A stretch of 64,000 nt of DNA from Octopus sinensis (lineage: Eukaryota). This document shows positions 49,803-62,820 of this stretch, in pieces. The stretch lies in the NCBI RefSeq assembly GCF_006345805.1, contig NC_043007.1, positions 35,526,001 to 35,590,000 of the forward strand, in the 5' to 3' direction. Below the pieces are notes generated by a model, which worked only from the letters and a program-made list of their open reading frames with translations, was not told the origin of the DNA and did not search any database. How positions within the stretch are numbered: position 1 is the stretch's first letter; every line of letters starts with the position of its first letter. The position numbers and the translations under genes are program-made.

Positions 49803-49944
49803 CTTACAGAGACACTAATGCAAGTCGTATCACTTAGTGTTGACAGCCATTCCCTTGGATATTATCAAGGGTGTAGAAGAAGTGACTGACATGCTTCACC
49901 ATCAGCTAATCTTCCTGTAAAAAAAAAATTTCTACACAGATATA

Positions 49945-50115
49945 GGCTCAGGAGTGGCTGTGTGGTAAGTAGCTGGCTTACCAACCACATGGTTCCGGGT
50001 TCAGTCCCACTGTGTGGCACCTTGGGCAAGTGTCTTCTGCTATAGCCTTGGGCCAACCAAAGCCTTGTGAGTGGATTTGGTAAGCGGAAACTGAAAGAAG
50101 CCTGTCGTATATATG

Positions 50116-50156
<41 letters not shown>

Positions 50157-50375
50157 ATGTTTGTGTGTCTGTGTTTGTCCCCACCAACATCACTTGACAA
50201 CCGATGCTGGTGTGCTTATGTCCCCGTCACTTAGCGGTTCGGCAAAAGAGACCGATAAAATAAGGACTAGGCTTACAAAGAATAAGTCCTGGGGTCGATT
50301 TGCTCGACTAAAGGCGGTGCTCCAGCATGGCCGCAGTCAAATGACTGAAACAAGTAAAAGAGTAAAAGAGTAAAG
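49945..50375 (+). mobile_element. SINE family C
   Basis: Family C consensus. Confidence 0.9.
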
Positions 50376-50419
50376 AGATCTGCATAAATGTACCACATGG
50401 ATACCTCTTCACCATGATA

Positions 50420-50870
50420 TAGCCCCTTGGAGATTTGTCTTTTACATGTTTTGGTCATTGGACTGAGGCCATGCTGGGGCACTGCCTTGAAGGGTTTAGT
50501 CGAAGAAATCAAACCCAGTACTTATTTCATCAGCCTCTTAGGCTGAACTACTAAGTTATGAGAATATAAACAAACTAACACCAGCTGTCAAGAGGTGAAT
50601 GGGAAGAGACAAACACAAACAAAAAGACACACACACATGCATACATACATTAATACATACATACATACGTACTTATACACACACATATACATAGATACAC
50701 ACACATATATATATTTACACAATGAGCTTCAACACAGTTTCCATCAACCAGCATTGGTTGGCCCAGGACTATAGTAAAAGACATTTGGCCAAAGCGTCAC
50801 ACGGTGGAACTGAACTTGAAATCATATGATTGCAAAGCAAGCTTCTTAACCACACAGCCATGCCTGTACC
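50420..50870 (-). mobile_element. Older diverged family C SINE
   Basis: Recognisable tail, core and head with many substitutions. Confidence 0.7.
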
Positions 50871-51520
50871 TACATACTTTCCTTTCTCAAAACATTTAAG
50901 TGTGATTGACAGACAGCTAGAAGTTGGGTGGGGTTGATAAAATCAATTATATGATTGCTATTATATTTTATCAACACCAGAAGGAGAAATGGTATAGGCA
51001 ACTTTGGTGGGATTTGAACTCATGCCACACAGTGCAAAAACAAAAAAAGAATCTACACTTCATTAAATATTGGCTGTTACATAGGTACAAAGCCATTAAT
51101 TTGGTGGGGAGAGAACAACAGTTGATTATATAGTTTAAAATGCTAAAGGGTTAATAGGCCCCAGAAAGTTAAAAGGTAAAGTTGGCCTCAGTGAAATTTG
51201 AACTCAGATCATACAGTACAAAAAGTAAAATACCTTAGAGAAATCAATCAATAAAGGGAAGGGGTAAAAGCCAATTATATTGCCCCCAGTACTTGGCAGG
51301 TACTTCTCTTAATGGCCCCATGAGGGCTGAAAAATCAAAGTTGACCTCAATGGTGTTTGAACTCAGAATGTAACGGCATGCAGCTAAACACTGCAAGACA
51401 TTTTATACACTACTGCTCTACCAGTTCAGCCAATATTTTACACTTTGAATCCACAAATATGCTTAGCAGGCATGACTATTTTTAGTATTATCCCCTAGAA
51501 GATGCAAAAGAGAACAGTTA

Positions 51521-52014
51521 CCGTATTTGACGGCATATTAGACACACTGGCATATTAGACGCACCCTCATTTCAGCAGGTCAAATTCAGGATAAAAAGTT
51601 TTAAGTGTATTTAAGCATATATTGTTGAAAGCAGTCTAGCAGCACATTACAAAAGCAGAAAACATTGCTGCATAAAAGCAAGCATACAAAAGGAAAGCAT
51701 ACAAATTACAATCGTAATCATCTTTAATCATCTTTTTAACCAGAAAACTCTTCATCATCTTCTACACCAGAAAAGTCTTCATCATCTTCAAAACAAGGAA
51801 CATCTTCATCACTACTGCTGAAATCACTGCATGAGTACGGAAAATATCATTAAGGTGTTAGCGTTGGTAGAAATACTTATCGTAAGCTAGGTTAGTGAGC
51901 CTCTGGGAGAAGATTAGCCTACGGGAGGGTCTTGACTTCAAATATTAGACGCAGGGCGATTTTTTGAGCCAAATTTTTTGGAAAAAAGTGCGTCCTATAT
52001 GCCGTAAAATACGG
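51521..52014. mobile_element. pogo-like (Tc1/mariner superfamily) non-autonomous element
   Basis: TA|CCGTATTTGACGGCATATTAGAC ... GTCCTATATGCCGTAAAATACGG|TA. The reverse strand keeps an acidic transposase-like tail (DEDVPCFEDDEDFSGVEDDEEFSG). Confidence 0.85.
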
Positions 52015-52019
52015 TAAAT

Positions 52020-52720
52020 AGTTTCATGTTCATAGTTCACTAATTACACAGTAGAAATAAGATTCAGAGCGTACAAGAATCTGGTGATTTCAATTCTTGT
52101 GTATGAGTGTGAAAGCTGAACTCTTACAGCTGACATGGAGCAAAGGATCCAGGCATTTGAGCTCAAGTGCTTCAGAAGGCTGCTACACATCTCATACACA
52201 AAGTACAAAATAAACAGCTTTGTCAGGCAGCAGATCAACAAATACGCTGGATGACAGGAAGCACTCCTTGTGCAAGTAAAAAAGACGGAAGCTTGCCTGG
52301 TAGTCAAGCTGGCAGAAACGTTAGCACGCCGGGCGAAATGCCTAACGGTATTTCGTCTGCGTTACGTTGTGAGTTCAAATACTGCCGAGGTCGACTTTGC
52401 CTTTCATCCTTTCGGGGTCGATAAATTAAGTACCAGTTACGCACTGGGGTCAATGTAATTGACTTAATACCTATGTCTGTCCTTGTTTGTCCCCTCTGTG
52501 TTTAGCCCCTTGTGGGTAATAAAGAAATAGGTAGTCATGTATCCCACCCCAACTCCCTGTCTAAAACTACTGTTCTTCAGGAAACAGTTGAGGGAGGACA
52601 AAAGAGTGGCAAATCCTGGTTTGATAACAACAAGGACTGGAAAGGTTACAACACAGCAAACATGCTATGCATGACAGAGAACTGAGACCAGTGAGGGATG
52701 GCTGACTATGAAAGCAGCAA
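52020..52720 (+). mobile_element. Decayed RTE RT C-terminal region, split by a family A SINE (52307-52529)
   Basis: ILVYECES*TLTADMEQRIQAFELKCFRRLLHISY...RKLAW; the SINE has an 8-bp TSD ggtagtca at 52299-52306 and 52530-52537. Confidence 0.88.
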
Positions 52721-52767
52721 AAAAGGGCACCTCAACGAATGGCTGCATCGGTTAAGGGGTTAAGGGT

Positions 52768-53068
52768 TCTTGATGATGATAATGATGATGATGATGATGG
52801 TGGTGGTGATGGTGATGGTGGTGATGATGATGATGATGATGATGGTGATGATATTGATGATGATGATTATGATGATAGGAGATGGTGATGATGATGATGA
52901 TGATGATGGTGATGGTGGTGGTGGTGGTGGTGATGATGATGATGATGGTGATGATTATTATGATGATGATTATGATGATGATGATGATGATGATGATGGT
53001 GATGGTGGTGGTGGTGGTGGTGGTGGTGGTGGTGGTGATGATGATGATGATTATGATGATGATGATAT
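52768..53068. repeat. (GAT)n/(GGT)n microsatellite
   Basis: Seen directly. Confidence 0.97.
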
Positions 53069-53122
53069 TCATTTATCATAAGCATCAGTTCAGACAAACA
53101 GATCCTATCCCTTGAACTTTTG

Positions 53123-53425
53123 TGGAGGCACATGGCCTAGTGGTTTGAGCAGCGGACTCGCGGTCGAGAGATCGCGGGTTCGAATCTCAGACCGGGCGAT
53201 GTGTGTGTTTATGAGCGAAACACCTAAGCTCCACGCAGCTCCGGGCAGAAGGTAATGGCGAAACTTCTGCTGACTCTTTCGCCACAACTTTCTCTCACTC
53301 TTTCCTCCTGCATCTTGCAGCTCACCTGCGACGGACTGGCATACCGTCCAGGTGGGGAACCTATACGCCAAGAAACTGGGAAACCGGCCCTTATGAGCCA
53401 GGCATGGCTCGAGAACGAACAACCA
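53123..53425 (+). mobile_element. SINE family B1
   Basis: Flanked by the near-perfect repeat tccc(t/a)tgaacttttg. Confidence 0.9.
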
Positions 53426-53581
53426 TCCCATGAACTTTTGATGGTCAGGTGTATCCATCAATGGCTAACCAGTTATATTGAAGGTGGTGGAAGGGAAGGA
53501 AAAACATAAATTATATCAACCCCCAGTATAATTAACTCGTTTGGTACCAAGTCACCTGAACATATCCCTGGTTCTGTTATA

Positions 53582-54000
53582 CTCTTTTTACTCTTTCTCT
53601 TTTACTTGTTTCAGTCATTTGACTGCGGCCATGCTGGAGCATCGCCTTTAGTCAAGCAAATCGACCCCAGGACTTATTCTTTGTAAGCCTTGTACTTATT
53701 CTATCAGTCTCTTTTGCCGAACCGCTATGTTATGGTGACATAAACACACCAGCATCAGTTGTCAAGCGATGTTGGGGGGGCAAACACAGACGCACAAACA
53801 CACACACAAATGTATATATATATATACATATATACGACAGGCTTCTTTCAGTTTCCATCTACCAAATCCACTCACAAGCCTTTGGTTGGCCCAAGGCTAT
53901 AGTAGAAGACACTTGTCCAAGGTGCCATGCAGTGGGACTGAACCTGAAACCATGTTGTTTGTAAGCAAGCTACTTGTCACACAGCCACTCCTACGCCTAT
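53582..54000 (-). mobile_element. SINE family C
   Basis: Family C consensus. Confidence 0.9.
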
Positions 54001-54004
54001 ATTT

Positions 54005-54242
54005 ATAAATTTAATTAGGTCAACCAAGAACAACGGGATTCTACACTATCAGGTTTGCCTCAAGAATGCCTCGAAAAAGTTCTAAGAGGTCAGTTTATTC
54101 TCATTAATCACTCAGGGCAGAAAGGTTAAAACAATGGGCTGAGGACTTGTCTGACAATGTTGAAGAATTCCGATTCGCTCAGGAATCTTATCTTAGGTAT
54201 TCTGTAGTGGTTCGCTACATATTTATATGTACACATACATGC

Positions 54243-54250
<8 letters not shown>
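54005..54250 (+). repeat. Unclassified dispersed repeat of about 240 bp, copy 2
   Basis: Homologous to 30758-31010. Confidence 0.85.
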
Positions 54251-54285
<35 letters not shown>

Positions 54286-54829
54286 CCAAATCCACTCACA
54301 AGGCTTTGGTCGGCCGGAGGCTATAGTAGAAGACATTTACCCTAGGTGCCACGCAGTGGGACTGAACACGGAACCATGTAGTTGGTAAGCAAGCTACTTA
54401 CCACACAGCCATTCCTGCACCTATACAAACTTCCCATTTTGAAATTATCTTCATTAAATCCTTCCATCAAAATTTTATGATAATTTATGTTCTAAAACAC
54501 CAGCTTAATAAGGACAAAGTCATTTAAAAAAAATTTCAGAGATGTAGTTGTCTGGCAACTGATTTGATCTGAGAGCTCATGTTGTATCTAAAGCAAATAC
54601 AGCATGAGTGACTCATATTAGCCATTCAAAAACATACAGAGATTGTTAACTTTACTTAAACATTTACCATTTGATGTCAAAATTTTCATCACACTATCTG
54701 CAGCCTGGTCATTGACACAATTCTTCTGCAGCAGGTATTTTAATGAATTCTTCGTTATTTTGAATTTTTGAACCCTTTAGCATTCAGAATATTCTGTCAA
54801 ATATAATGCTTATTTATTCACATTGTTGG

Positions 54830-55350
54830 GTCTCACACAAGCAATGGCGAAAGAACGAGACCTCTGGAGATATGCTGTGACTGTGAAGACCCGACAAATA
54901 ACGTGAGTTCATGGCTGTTTCCTGCACCAGTTTTACATAGATGCCCCAACCCATCCAAAGTGCCTTGGATTACAGGACAGCCTGCTGTGGTTGAGGAGAT
55001 CTATTGAGTCAAGTACATCAACATCAAAAAATCAAATGGAAATTGTATTTGTGATACCTGTGCCGGTGGCATGTAAAAAGCACCATCCGAACGTGACCAA
55101 TGCCAGCACCGCCTTGACTGGCTTCTGTGGCGGTGGCACATGAAAATCACCAACCAATCATGGCCGTTGCCAGCCTCCCCTGGCACCTGTGCTTGTGGCA
55201 CGTAAAAAGCACTCACGGAGTGGTTGGCGTTAGGAAGGGCATCCAGCTGTACAAAACTGCCAGATCAGACTGGAGCCTGGTGCAGCCTCCCGGTTGAACC
55301 ATCCATCCCAGGCTAGCATGGAAAACGGACGTTAAAGGATGATGATGATG
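54830..55350 (+). mobile_element. RTE 3' end (unexpanded relative of 32050-33900)
   Basis: Final codons KERDLWRYAV, a single GGCACCTGTGC/GTGGCAC module set, and the same GGCGTTAGGAAGGGCATCCAGC...(GAT)n tail. Confidence 0.85.
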
Positions 55351-55407
55351 ATTGTTTTGATTTAACCATGCATTATCTCGTAGCTTTGAGTTTTCAATGA
55401 TGTGATT

Positions 55408-55895
55408 CTTTTACTCTTTTACTTGTTTCAGTCATTTGACTGCGGCCATGCTGGAGCACCGCCTTTAGTCGAGCAAATCGACCCCATGACTTATTCTTTG
55501 TAAGCCTAGTACTTATTTTATCGGTCTCTTTTGCTGAACCGCTAAGTTATGGGGACATAAACACACCAGCATCGGTTGTCAAGCGATGTTGGAGGGGGAC
55601 AAACACAGACTCACAAACATATACACACACACATGCATATACATATATATATACGGGGACGTAAACACACCAGCATCAGTTGTCAAGTGACAGACAGACA
55701 AACACACACACACACACATATATATACATATATACGATGGGCTTCTTTCAGTTTTCGTCTACCAAATCCACTCACAAGGCTTTAGTCAGTCCGAGGCTAT
55801 AGTAGAAGACACTTGCCCAAGGTGTCACGCAGTGGGAATGAACCCAGAACCATGTGGTTGGTAAGCAAGCTACTTACCACACAGCGACTCCTGCT
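55408..55895 (-). mobile_element. SINE family C with an internal duplication (about 55634-55690)
   Basis: The segment ggggac(g/a)taaacacaccagcatc(a/g)gttgtcaag occurs twice. Confidence 0.85.
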
Positions 55896-56344
55896 TGTTT
55901 ATTTTTAAAACAACATTTGAGAGTAGGTGTGAGAAGCAGGATCTAGCCAGTTTAAACATAAAGCAAATAGAATATTGGAGTGGATATAGTCAGTTTAAAT
56001 GCTATGGGGGTAAATATATCCATTATTTTCATCTTTTTTACAGGGTGACCCCCCCCCCCCAAAAAAAAAAAAAACAGAACCCAAAAAATTTTATTGAATC
56101 CTACAAAGGTCCAGCAAATTTCAAGAAATTTGCTGGACTTAAACTTCGGTCTGTGTATGATCATTCCCTTTGCATAAAAGTCATGTTCTTTTCAAAATAA
56201 ACTCCATATATCGAGCATGGCCATCTCATTGAAGGGACTTATGATCTATCTATTTATCTATCTATCTATCTATCTATATATATAAGTAGGAGTTTATCAC
56301 GGATCAGGTTTCAGTCCCCTTAAGTCCCCTTTTGTTTATCACAG

Positions 56345-57135
56345 TCCTCCAGGTTATAACAGAGGAATTTAAAACTGGCTGCTCCTGGGAACTCCTCTAT
56401 ATCGATGACCTTGTTCTTATAGCTGAATTACTACTAGACAGAGAAGAAAGGTCCGCAATCAAAGAGTCTTAGACTTAATTTTAACAAAGACCAAAGTTCT
56501 AAAAAGTAGGAAAACAGACAAATTACTAATCCCTTCAAGGAGAAGTCCCTGCTCAATATGTAGCAAAGGTGTAGGTAGAAATTCTATAAGGTATACCTAA
56601 TGCAAGCTATGGACACACAAGAAATGCGCTGGTGTCATCAGGAAGGTTAACAGGGAAAGCAGTATTTGGGAGTGGGAGATGTACAGGTACAATAAACATT
56701 AAGAGCGTACAGAAAATAGACTTTCTCAAATGCTGAGAAAACCCTTAAAAGTAGTAGATAACTTCCATTACCTAGGCAACAAAGTTAGCAGTGAAGGAAG
56801 ATGCTCTGGGAGCATAGTTGCTAGAATAAGGATTGGCAGGGCAAAGTTTAGAGAGCTACTACTTTTGTTGGCAAAAGAAAGGCCTCTCCCTCAGAGTGAA
56901 AGGCAAAGTGTATGATGTTTATATACAAACAGCCTTGCTCTATGACAGTGAAAATGAGCTGTGACTACAGAGGATGTGTGAAGGCTTGAAAGAAATTAAG
57001 TTTGCATGCTTTGCTGGGTGTGTAATGTCAGTGTGTATATACAATGGAATGTAAGTATTTTAAAAGAAAAATTGAGTGTAAGAGGCATCAGACGTAGTGT
57101 GCAAGAGAGAACACTGTACTGGTATGGTCACATGG
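56345..57135 (+). mobile_element. Decayed RTE reverse transcriptase
   Basis: WELLYIDDLVLIAE (YADD motif); C-x2-C...C..C insert; VVDNFHYLG; ARIRIGRAKFRELL; ERTLYWYGH. Confidence 0.9.
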
Positions 57136-57739
57136 CCATACCAGTGCATACCATATAGATGAAGACAGCTGCATAAAGAAGACACCTTGAGCAAATGTCT
57201 TTTACCATATCTCTAGATTGGCCCAGAGATATAGCAGAAGGCAATTGCTTGAGGTGCCATACAATGGGACTGAACCTGAAACTGCATGGTTGCAAGGCAA
57301 GCTTCTTAAACACAGATATGCCAGCACTTACAATGACAAATTAATGAATTTAAAATAAAATATATTTAAAAAAAAAAAACCTCAAAAAATGAATGAAAGT
57401 CTCATGATGTTTATTAACTTCCTGAATGCCATATGAGGTCAGCTGAGGTTTATTAAATTTTGTGAATGTTATACGAGGTCAACTAGGATATATTAACTTC
57501 CTGAATGTCAAAATCGGAATATTTACATTTCCAGAAAGTTCTCTGAGTTTATATCGGTATACTGCATTTGGGGAGAGGATAGATGATGGTGAGGGAACGA
57601 GATGGAATGAAGATGAAGGGTGAGGTGTGTAACTATTTTCAATTGGATGATTTCTCGTTTAATTCATTGTACAAGAGAAAATTCTGGGAGTAATTCTCAA
57701 TCTGTCTATCTGTCTATCTCTCAATCTCTCTCAGTCTCT

Positions 57740-57878
57740 CTGTGTATATACTTGTAATTATATACATACATACATACACGCACACACATATATATATATC
57801 ATCATCATCATCGTTTAGCGTCCGTTTTCCATGCTAGCATGGGTATATATATATATATAATTACAAGTATATACACAG
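57740..57878. repeat. 25-bp perfect inverted repeat enclosing a microsatellite and an inverted RTE tail piece of about 45 bp
   Basis: ctgtgtatatacttgtaattatata (57740-57764) versus tatataattacaagtatatacacag (57854-57878). Confidence 0.9.
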
Positions 57879-57884
57879 CCTCAC

Positions 57885-58689
57885 ACACATATGCACACAT
57901 CCACATGCACACACACACACACACAAATACATAAAATGCACATCACTACACACAACGCACACACTAGGCTACTTATACACATACGCACACATGCTTCCAT
58001 GTGCACACACAGGCCCATGCATTTGCACACATACACACACACACACTATACACAGCCTCACACACTTATACACATGTCTACACACACACACACATACATG
58101 AAACACACATCACACCACACAACACACACACTAGGTTACTTATACACATACACACACATGCTCCCATACACACACACACACAAACAAATACACGAAATGC
58201 ACATCACCCCGCAAAATGCATGCCCTAAGTTACTTATACACATACACACACATTCTCCCACATGTACACACATGCCCACATAATTTTAAGCTCGCCCACA
58301 CATACATTCACATGCACATGCACTCACCCTCTTTCACACATACATTCACACACACTTGCCCTCTTTCACACATACACACACTTGCACACCTTAGTTCAGC
58401 CAGATCATGGTTATTATCTCCCTTCCACTCAGCCTCTTTCTTCTGATCGTTTCATTGTGTTAAACCGTTAATCCCTACACATTTGTTTTCTCTCTCTGTA
58501 TTTTTTGTTCTCTCTCCATTTTTTCCCCTCTCAATCCTTTTTGTCAAAGAGCATAGACTCAAAACACCACAGACTTTTCCATTTTTCTCAAGCATCAAAC
58601 TATTACACCTGTTTGTTGTTCCCTCATTTATATCTGGTTTTTGCTTTCTATAAATTCGAACTATACATGCATGCATCCATCCATCCATC

Positions 58690-58723
<34 letters not shown>

Positions 58724-59095
58724 TACATACATACATGCATACATACATACATGCATACATACATACAAACATACATGCATACATACATACATACATATAT
58801 ACATACATGCATACATACATACATACACACATGCATACATACAAACATACATGCATACATACATACATAAATACATACATACATGCATACATACATACAT
58901 ACAAACATACATACATACATGCATACATACATATAATTGTTAAAGAGGACAACAAGCATTAAGGCAAGGCAAACATGTGTGTGTGTGTGTGCGTGTGTGT
59001 GTGCATATGTGTATGGTGTACGTGTATGTGTGTGTATGTGTGTGTGTATGTGTGTGTGTGTGTGTGTGTGTATGTGTGTGTGTGTATTTGTGTTG
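57885..59095. repeat. Degenerate (CA)n-rich tract, then (ACAT)n and (TG)n microsatellites
   Basis: Seen directly (57885-58380 and 58665-59095). Confidence 0.9.
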
Positions 59096-59399
59096 TGTTT
59101 GTCCCCCCCCCCCGACTACTGATTGACAACTAGTGCTGGATTATTTACATCCCTGTAACTAAAAGGTTTGGCAAAAGAGACTTGTAGAATAAGTCCTGGG
59201 TTTGATTTGTTTGACTAAAAACCCTTCGAAGGTAGTGCCCCAGCATGGCCACAATCCAACAACTGAAACAAGTAAGAGAAGATAATAAAAGATAAAAGAT
59301 AAAAGATAGCAGATTCAGACATACTACACCTACTTCTATAAATGTATCACTTAATACTGTTCATGGAGAATTCAGTCAGAATATTAAAAATATTAAAAA

Positions 59400-60670
59400 T
59401 ATTAAAAATATTACAAAAACACAATTACTATGGATCTAGAGAAACGTGCCAAAACTACTCCGAGAAGAGGCAAATTAATTAAAACTGAGACCGTTAGATT
59501 AGATACAGACTACGAAATCAGAGAATTCAAACAGCACCACCCATGCAAGTACTTAGGAGTAGATGAAACTGATAAGGTGCAAGACATAGTGAGAAATAAA
59601 AGAGGAAATGAATGAGCAAATGTATTCTTTTATTCTTGTATTCTTTAATTCCTTTATTCTTTTATTCTTGTATTCTTTAATTCCTTTATTCTTTTATTCT
59701 TATACTTGTCTCAGTCATTTCACTGCAGCCATGCCAGAGCATTGCCTTAAAGGGTTTTTAGTCGAAGAAATTGACCCCAGGATTTTTCTTTGTTAGTCTA
59801 GTACTTATTTATTTCTTTATTGCCCACAGGGGGCTAAACACAGAAGGGGGCAAACAAAGGGATTAAGTCGATTACAGCGACCCCAGTGCATAACTGGTAC
59901 TTATTTAATTGACCCCGAAAGGATGAAAGGCAAAGTCGACCTCAGCGGAGTTTGAACTCAGAACATAATGGCAGACGAAATACTGTTAAGCGTTTTGCCC
60001 GGCATACTAACGATTCTGCCGGCTCACCGCCCTTAGTCTAGTACTTATTCTATCGGTCTTTTTTGCTGAACTGCTAAGTTATGGGGATGTAAACACACCG
60101 ACATCAGTTGTCAAGCGATGGTGGGGGCACAAACACAGACACAAAGACACACACACATAAAAACATATATACATGCATCTGTCTGTCTGTCTATCTGTAT
60201 GATGGGCTTCTTTCAGTTTCCGTCTACCACATGCACTCACAAGGTTTTGGTCAGCCAAGGCCATAGTAGAAAATACAGCCGATTGGTAAGGAGTTTGCTT
60301 ATCAACCACATGGTTCCAGGTTCAATCACACTAGGTGGTACACTGGGCAAGTGTCTTCTACTGTAGCCTTGGGCTGACCAAAGCCTTGTGAATGGATTTG
60401 GTAGATGGAAACTGAAAGAAGCCTGTCGTACTTATATATGTGTGTATGTATGTATGAATGTATGTATGTATGTATATGTGCATATGTTTGTCCCTTCACC
60501 ACCATGACTTGACAACCAATGTTGGTGTGTTTACGACCCTGTAACTTAGCAGTTCAGTAAAAGAGACCGATAGAATAAGTACTAGGCTTATGAAGAATAA
60601 GTCCTGGGGTTTATTTGTTCGACTAACAGTGGTCAGTCAAATGACTGAAACAAATAAAAGAATAAAAGAA

Positions 60671-60724
<54 letters not shown>

Positions 60725-60755
60725 ATATATACTTTATTTAAAGCAGCAGAAAATT

Positions 60756-60805
<50 letters not shown>

Positions 60806-61560
60806 ACAGGAAGGTTTACGAAAATAAACAAAAGACGAAGGCAGGTGGAATACAAACAAACAAATGTATTAGTATGGCGCTCAGGAATAGAAATAAAACA
60901 AGTCTTTTACGTTTCGAGCCTATGCTCTTTGACAGAAAGATACACAGAAAAGAAACAAGGAGAGAAAAAAATGCGTGTAGGAGCTAACGGTCCATCATAT
61001 ATATAGATATAATATGTTTGTATGTATGCATGTATGTATGTATGTATGTATGTATGTATGTATGTATGTATGTATGTATGTATGTATGTATGTATGTATG
61101 TATGTATGTATGTATGTATGTATGTATGTATGTATGTATTGATATGTATATACTACAAAAGAGTCAGACTTAAGTAAGTGCTAGAAATATGTCATAAATT
61201 ACAGTTACAACATAAACAAATTGGAAATTAATTGAACTGAAGGGCTCAGATAGAAAATCTAGAAAATGACTCAATGCATTCTAGACCTACCAGCTATCCT
61301 GACTAAGATATGAACAAGATTTATCTACCATGTAGACAGGGAGGAAGGGGCTTGATGCGAATAGAGAATTGCTATAAAATAATGAAGTGGATCTGGCAAA
61401 ACACTTAGGAGAGAGCAAAGGGATGCTTATTAGTGTAATAAGGAAACATAAAGAAATCAAGACATATATATATATACATACATGGTTGTGTGTGTGTGTG
61501 TGTACTAAGAAACAATAAACTACAAATTGTAGGTTAATTACATTGAAGAAAAAGTTTCAA
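59400..61560 (+). mobile_element. R4/Dong-like RT remnants, split by nested SINEs and microsatellites
   Basis: DLEKRAKTTPRRGKLIKTE...CKYLGVDE (59430-59600) is collinear with IYLPCRQGGRGLMRIENCYK (about 61320-61380). Confidence 0.75.
59700..60660. mobile_element. Nested SINE cluster: family C (-) containing family A (-, 59810-60032), plus family C (+) from about 60280
   Basis: 17-bp TSD ttagtctagtacttatt at 59793-59809 and 60033-60049. Confidence 0.88.
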
Positions 61561-61851
61561 AATAAACAAAAATAACAAGGCAAATATCAAACTGGAACTT
61601 CAAAATTATATTAAAGGGGTTAAAAATTGGGCGATAAGTCCCCTCTCTATTTACTAATCAGCAGCAGGGATGTGTGCTCTCGAAGTATAGTAACCAGAAA
61701 AGGAACAGGATGTTAAAGATTCAAATTTTTTTTTTTTCCCCCTTTTGGAAAAGGATTTATTGTATGTTGCTCGTATATAAAGCATGATGCTGCATGGATA
61801 GTAGATGTGGGTATGAGCAAAGGTTAGAAAAATATCAAGAAATGAAGTAAG

Positions 61852-62512
61852 GCGGTGAGCTGGCAGAAGCGTTAGCATGCCAGGCGAAATCCTTAGTGGT
61901 ATCTCATCTGCCGCTATGTTCTGAGTTCAAATTCCGCCAAGGCCAACTTTGCCTTTCATCCTTTCGGGGTCGATTAAATAACTACCAGTCCTGCACTGGG
62001 GTTGATATAATCGACTTAATCCGTTTGTCTGTCCTTGTTTGTCCCCTCTGTGTTTAGCCCCTTGTAGGTAGTAAAGAAATAGGTATTTCGTCTGCCGCTA
62101 CGTTCTGAGTTCAAATTCCGCCGAGGTCAACTTTACCTTTCATTTTTTTTCAGGGTCGATTAAATAAGTACCAGTCACACACTGGTGTCGATATAATCGA
62201 TTTAATCCGTTTGTCTGTCCTTGTTTGTCCCCTCTGTGTGTAGCCCCTTGTAGGCAGTAAAGAAATAGGTATTTCGTCAAAAGGCGGTGAGCTGGAAGAA
62301 ACGTTAGCACGCCGGGCGAAATGCTTAGCGGTATTTCGCCTGCTGCTACGTTCTGAGTTTAAATTCTGCTGAGGTCGACTTTACATTTCATCTTTTCGGG
62401 GTCGATAAAATAAGTACCAGTCACGCACTGGGGTCGATATAATCGACTTAATCCGTTTGTCTATCCTTATTTGTCCCCTCTGTGTGTAGCCCCTTTTGGG
62501 CAGTAAAGAAAT
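61852..62512 (+). mobile_element. Array of 3 family A SINE units within one TSD
   Basis: 15-bp TSD aagaaatgaagtaag at 61837-61851 and 62513-62527; internal junctions aaagaaata|ggtatttcgtc. Confidence 0.92.
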
Positions 62513-62554
62513 AAGAAATGAAGTAAGTATGCTCTGCTGAATAGGTAATGTCTG

Positions 62555-62820
62555 TGTGCAGGGATGATATGATACAAATGAGTTGAAAGATGAACTGGGT
62601 ACAAAAGGAATCAAGTATAGTGTTCAAGGGAGCTAACTGCATGGACGAAGATATTTAACACTTTTGATACCAATCCCTTGAAATTGCATTTGGTTAAGGG
62701 ATTGATATCAAAAATGTTAAATATCTTCGTCCATGCAGTTAGCTCCCTTGAACACTATACTTGATTCCTTTTGTACCCAGTTCATCTTTCAACTCATTTG
62801 TATCATATCATCCCTGCACA
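62555..62820. repeat. Long palindrome with 125-bp arms and a 16-nt spacer
   Basis: 62555-62679 is the reverse complement of 62696-62820, with two mismatches near the loop. Confidence 0.95.
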
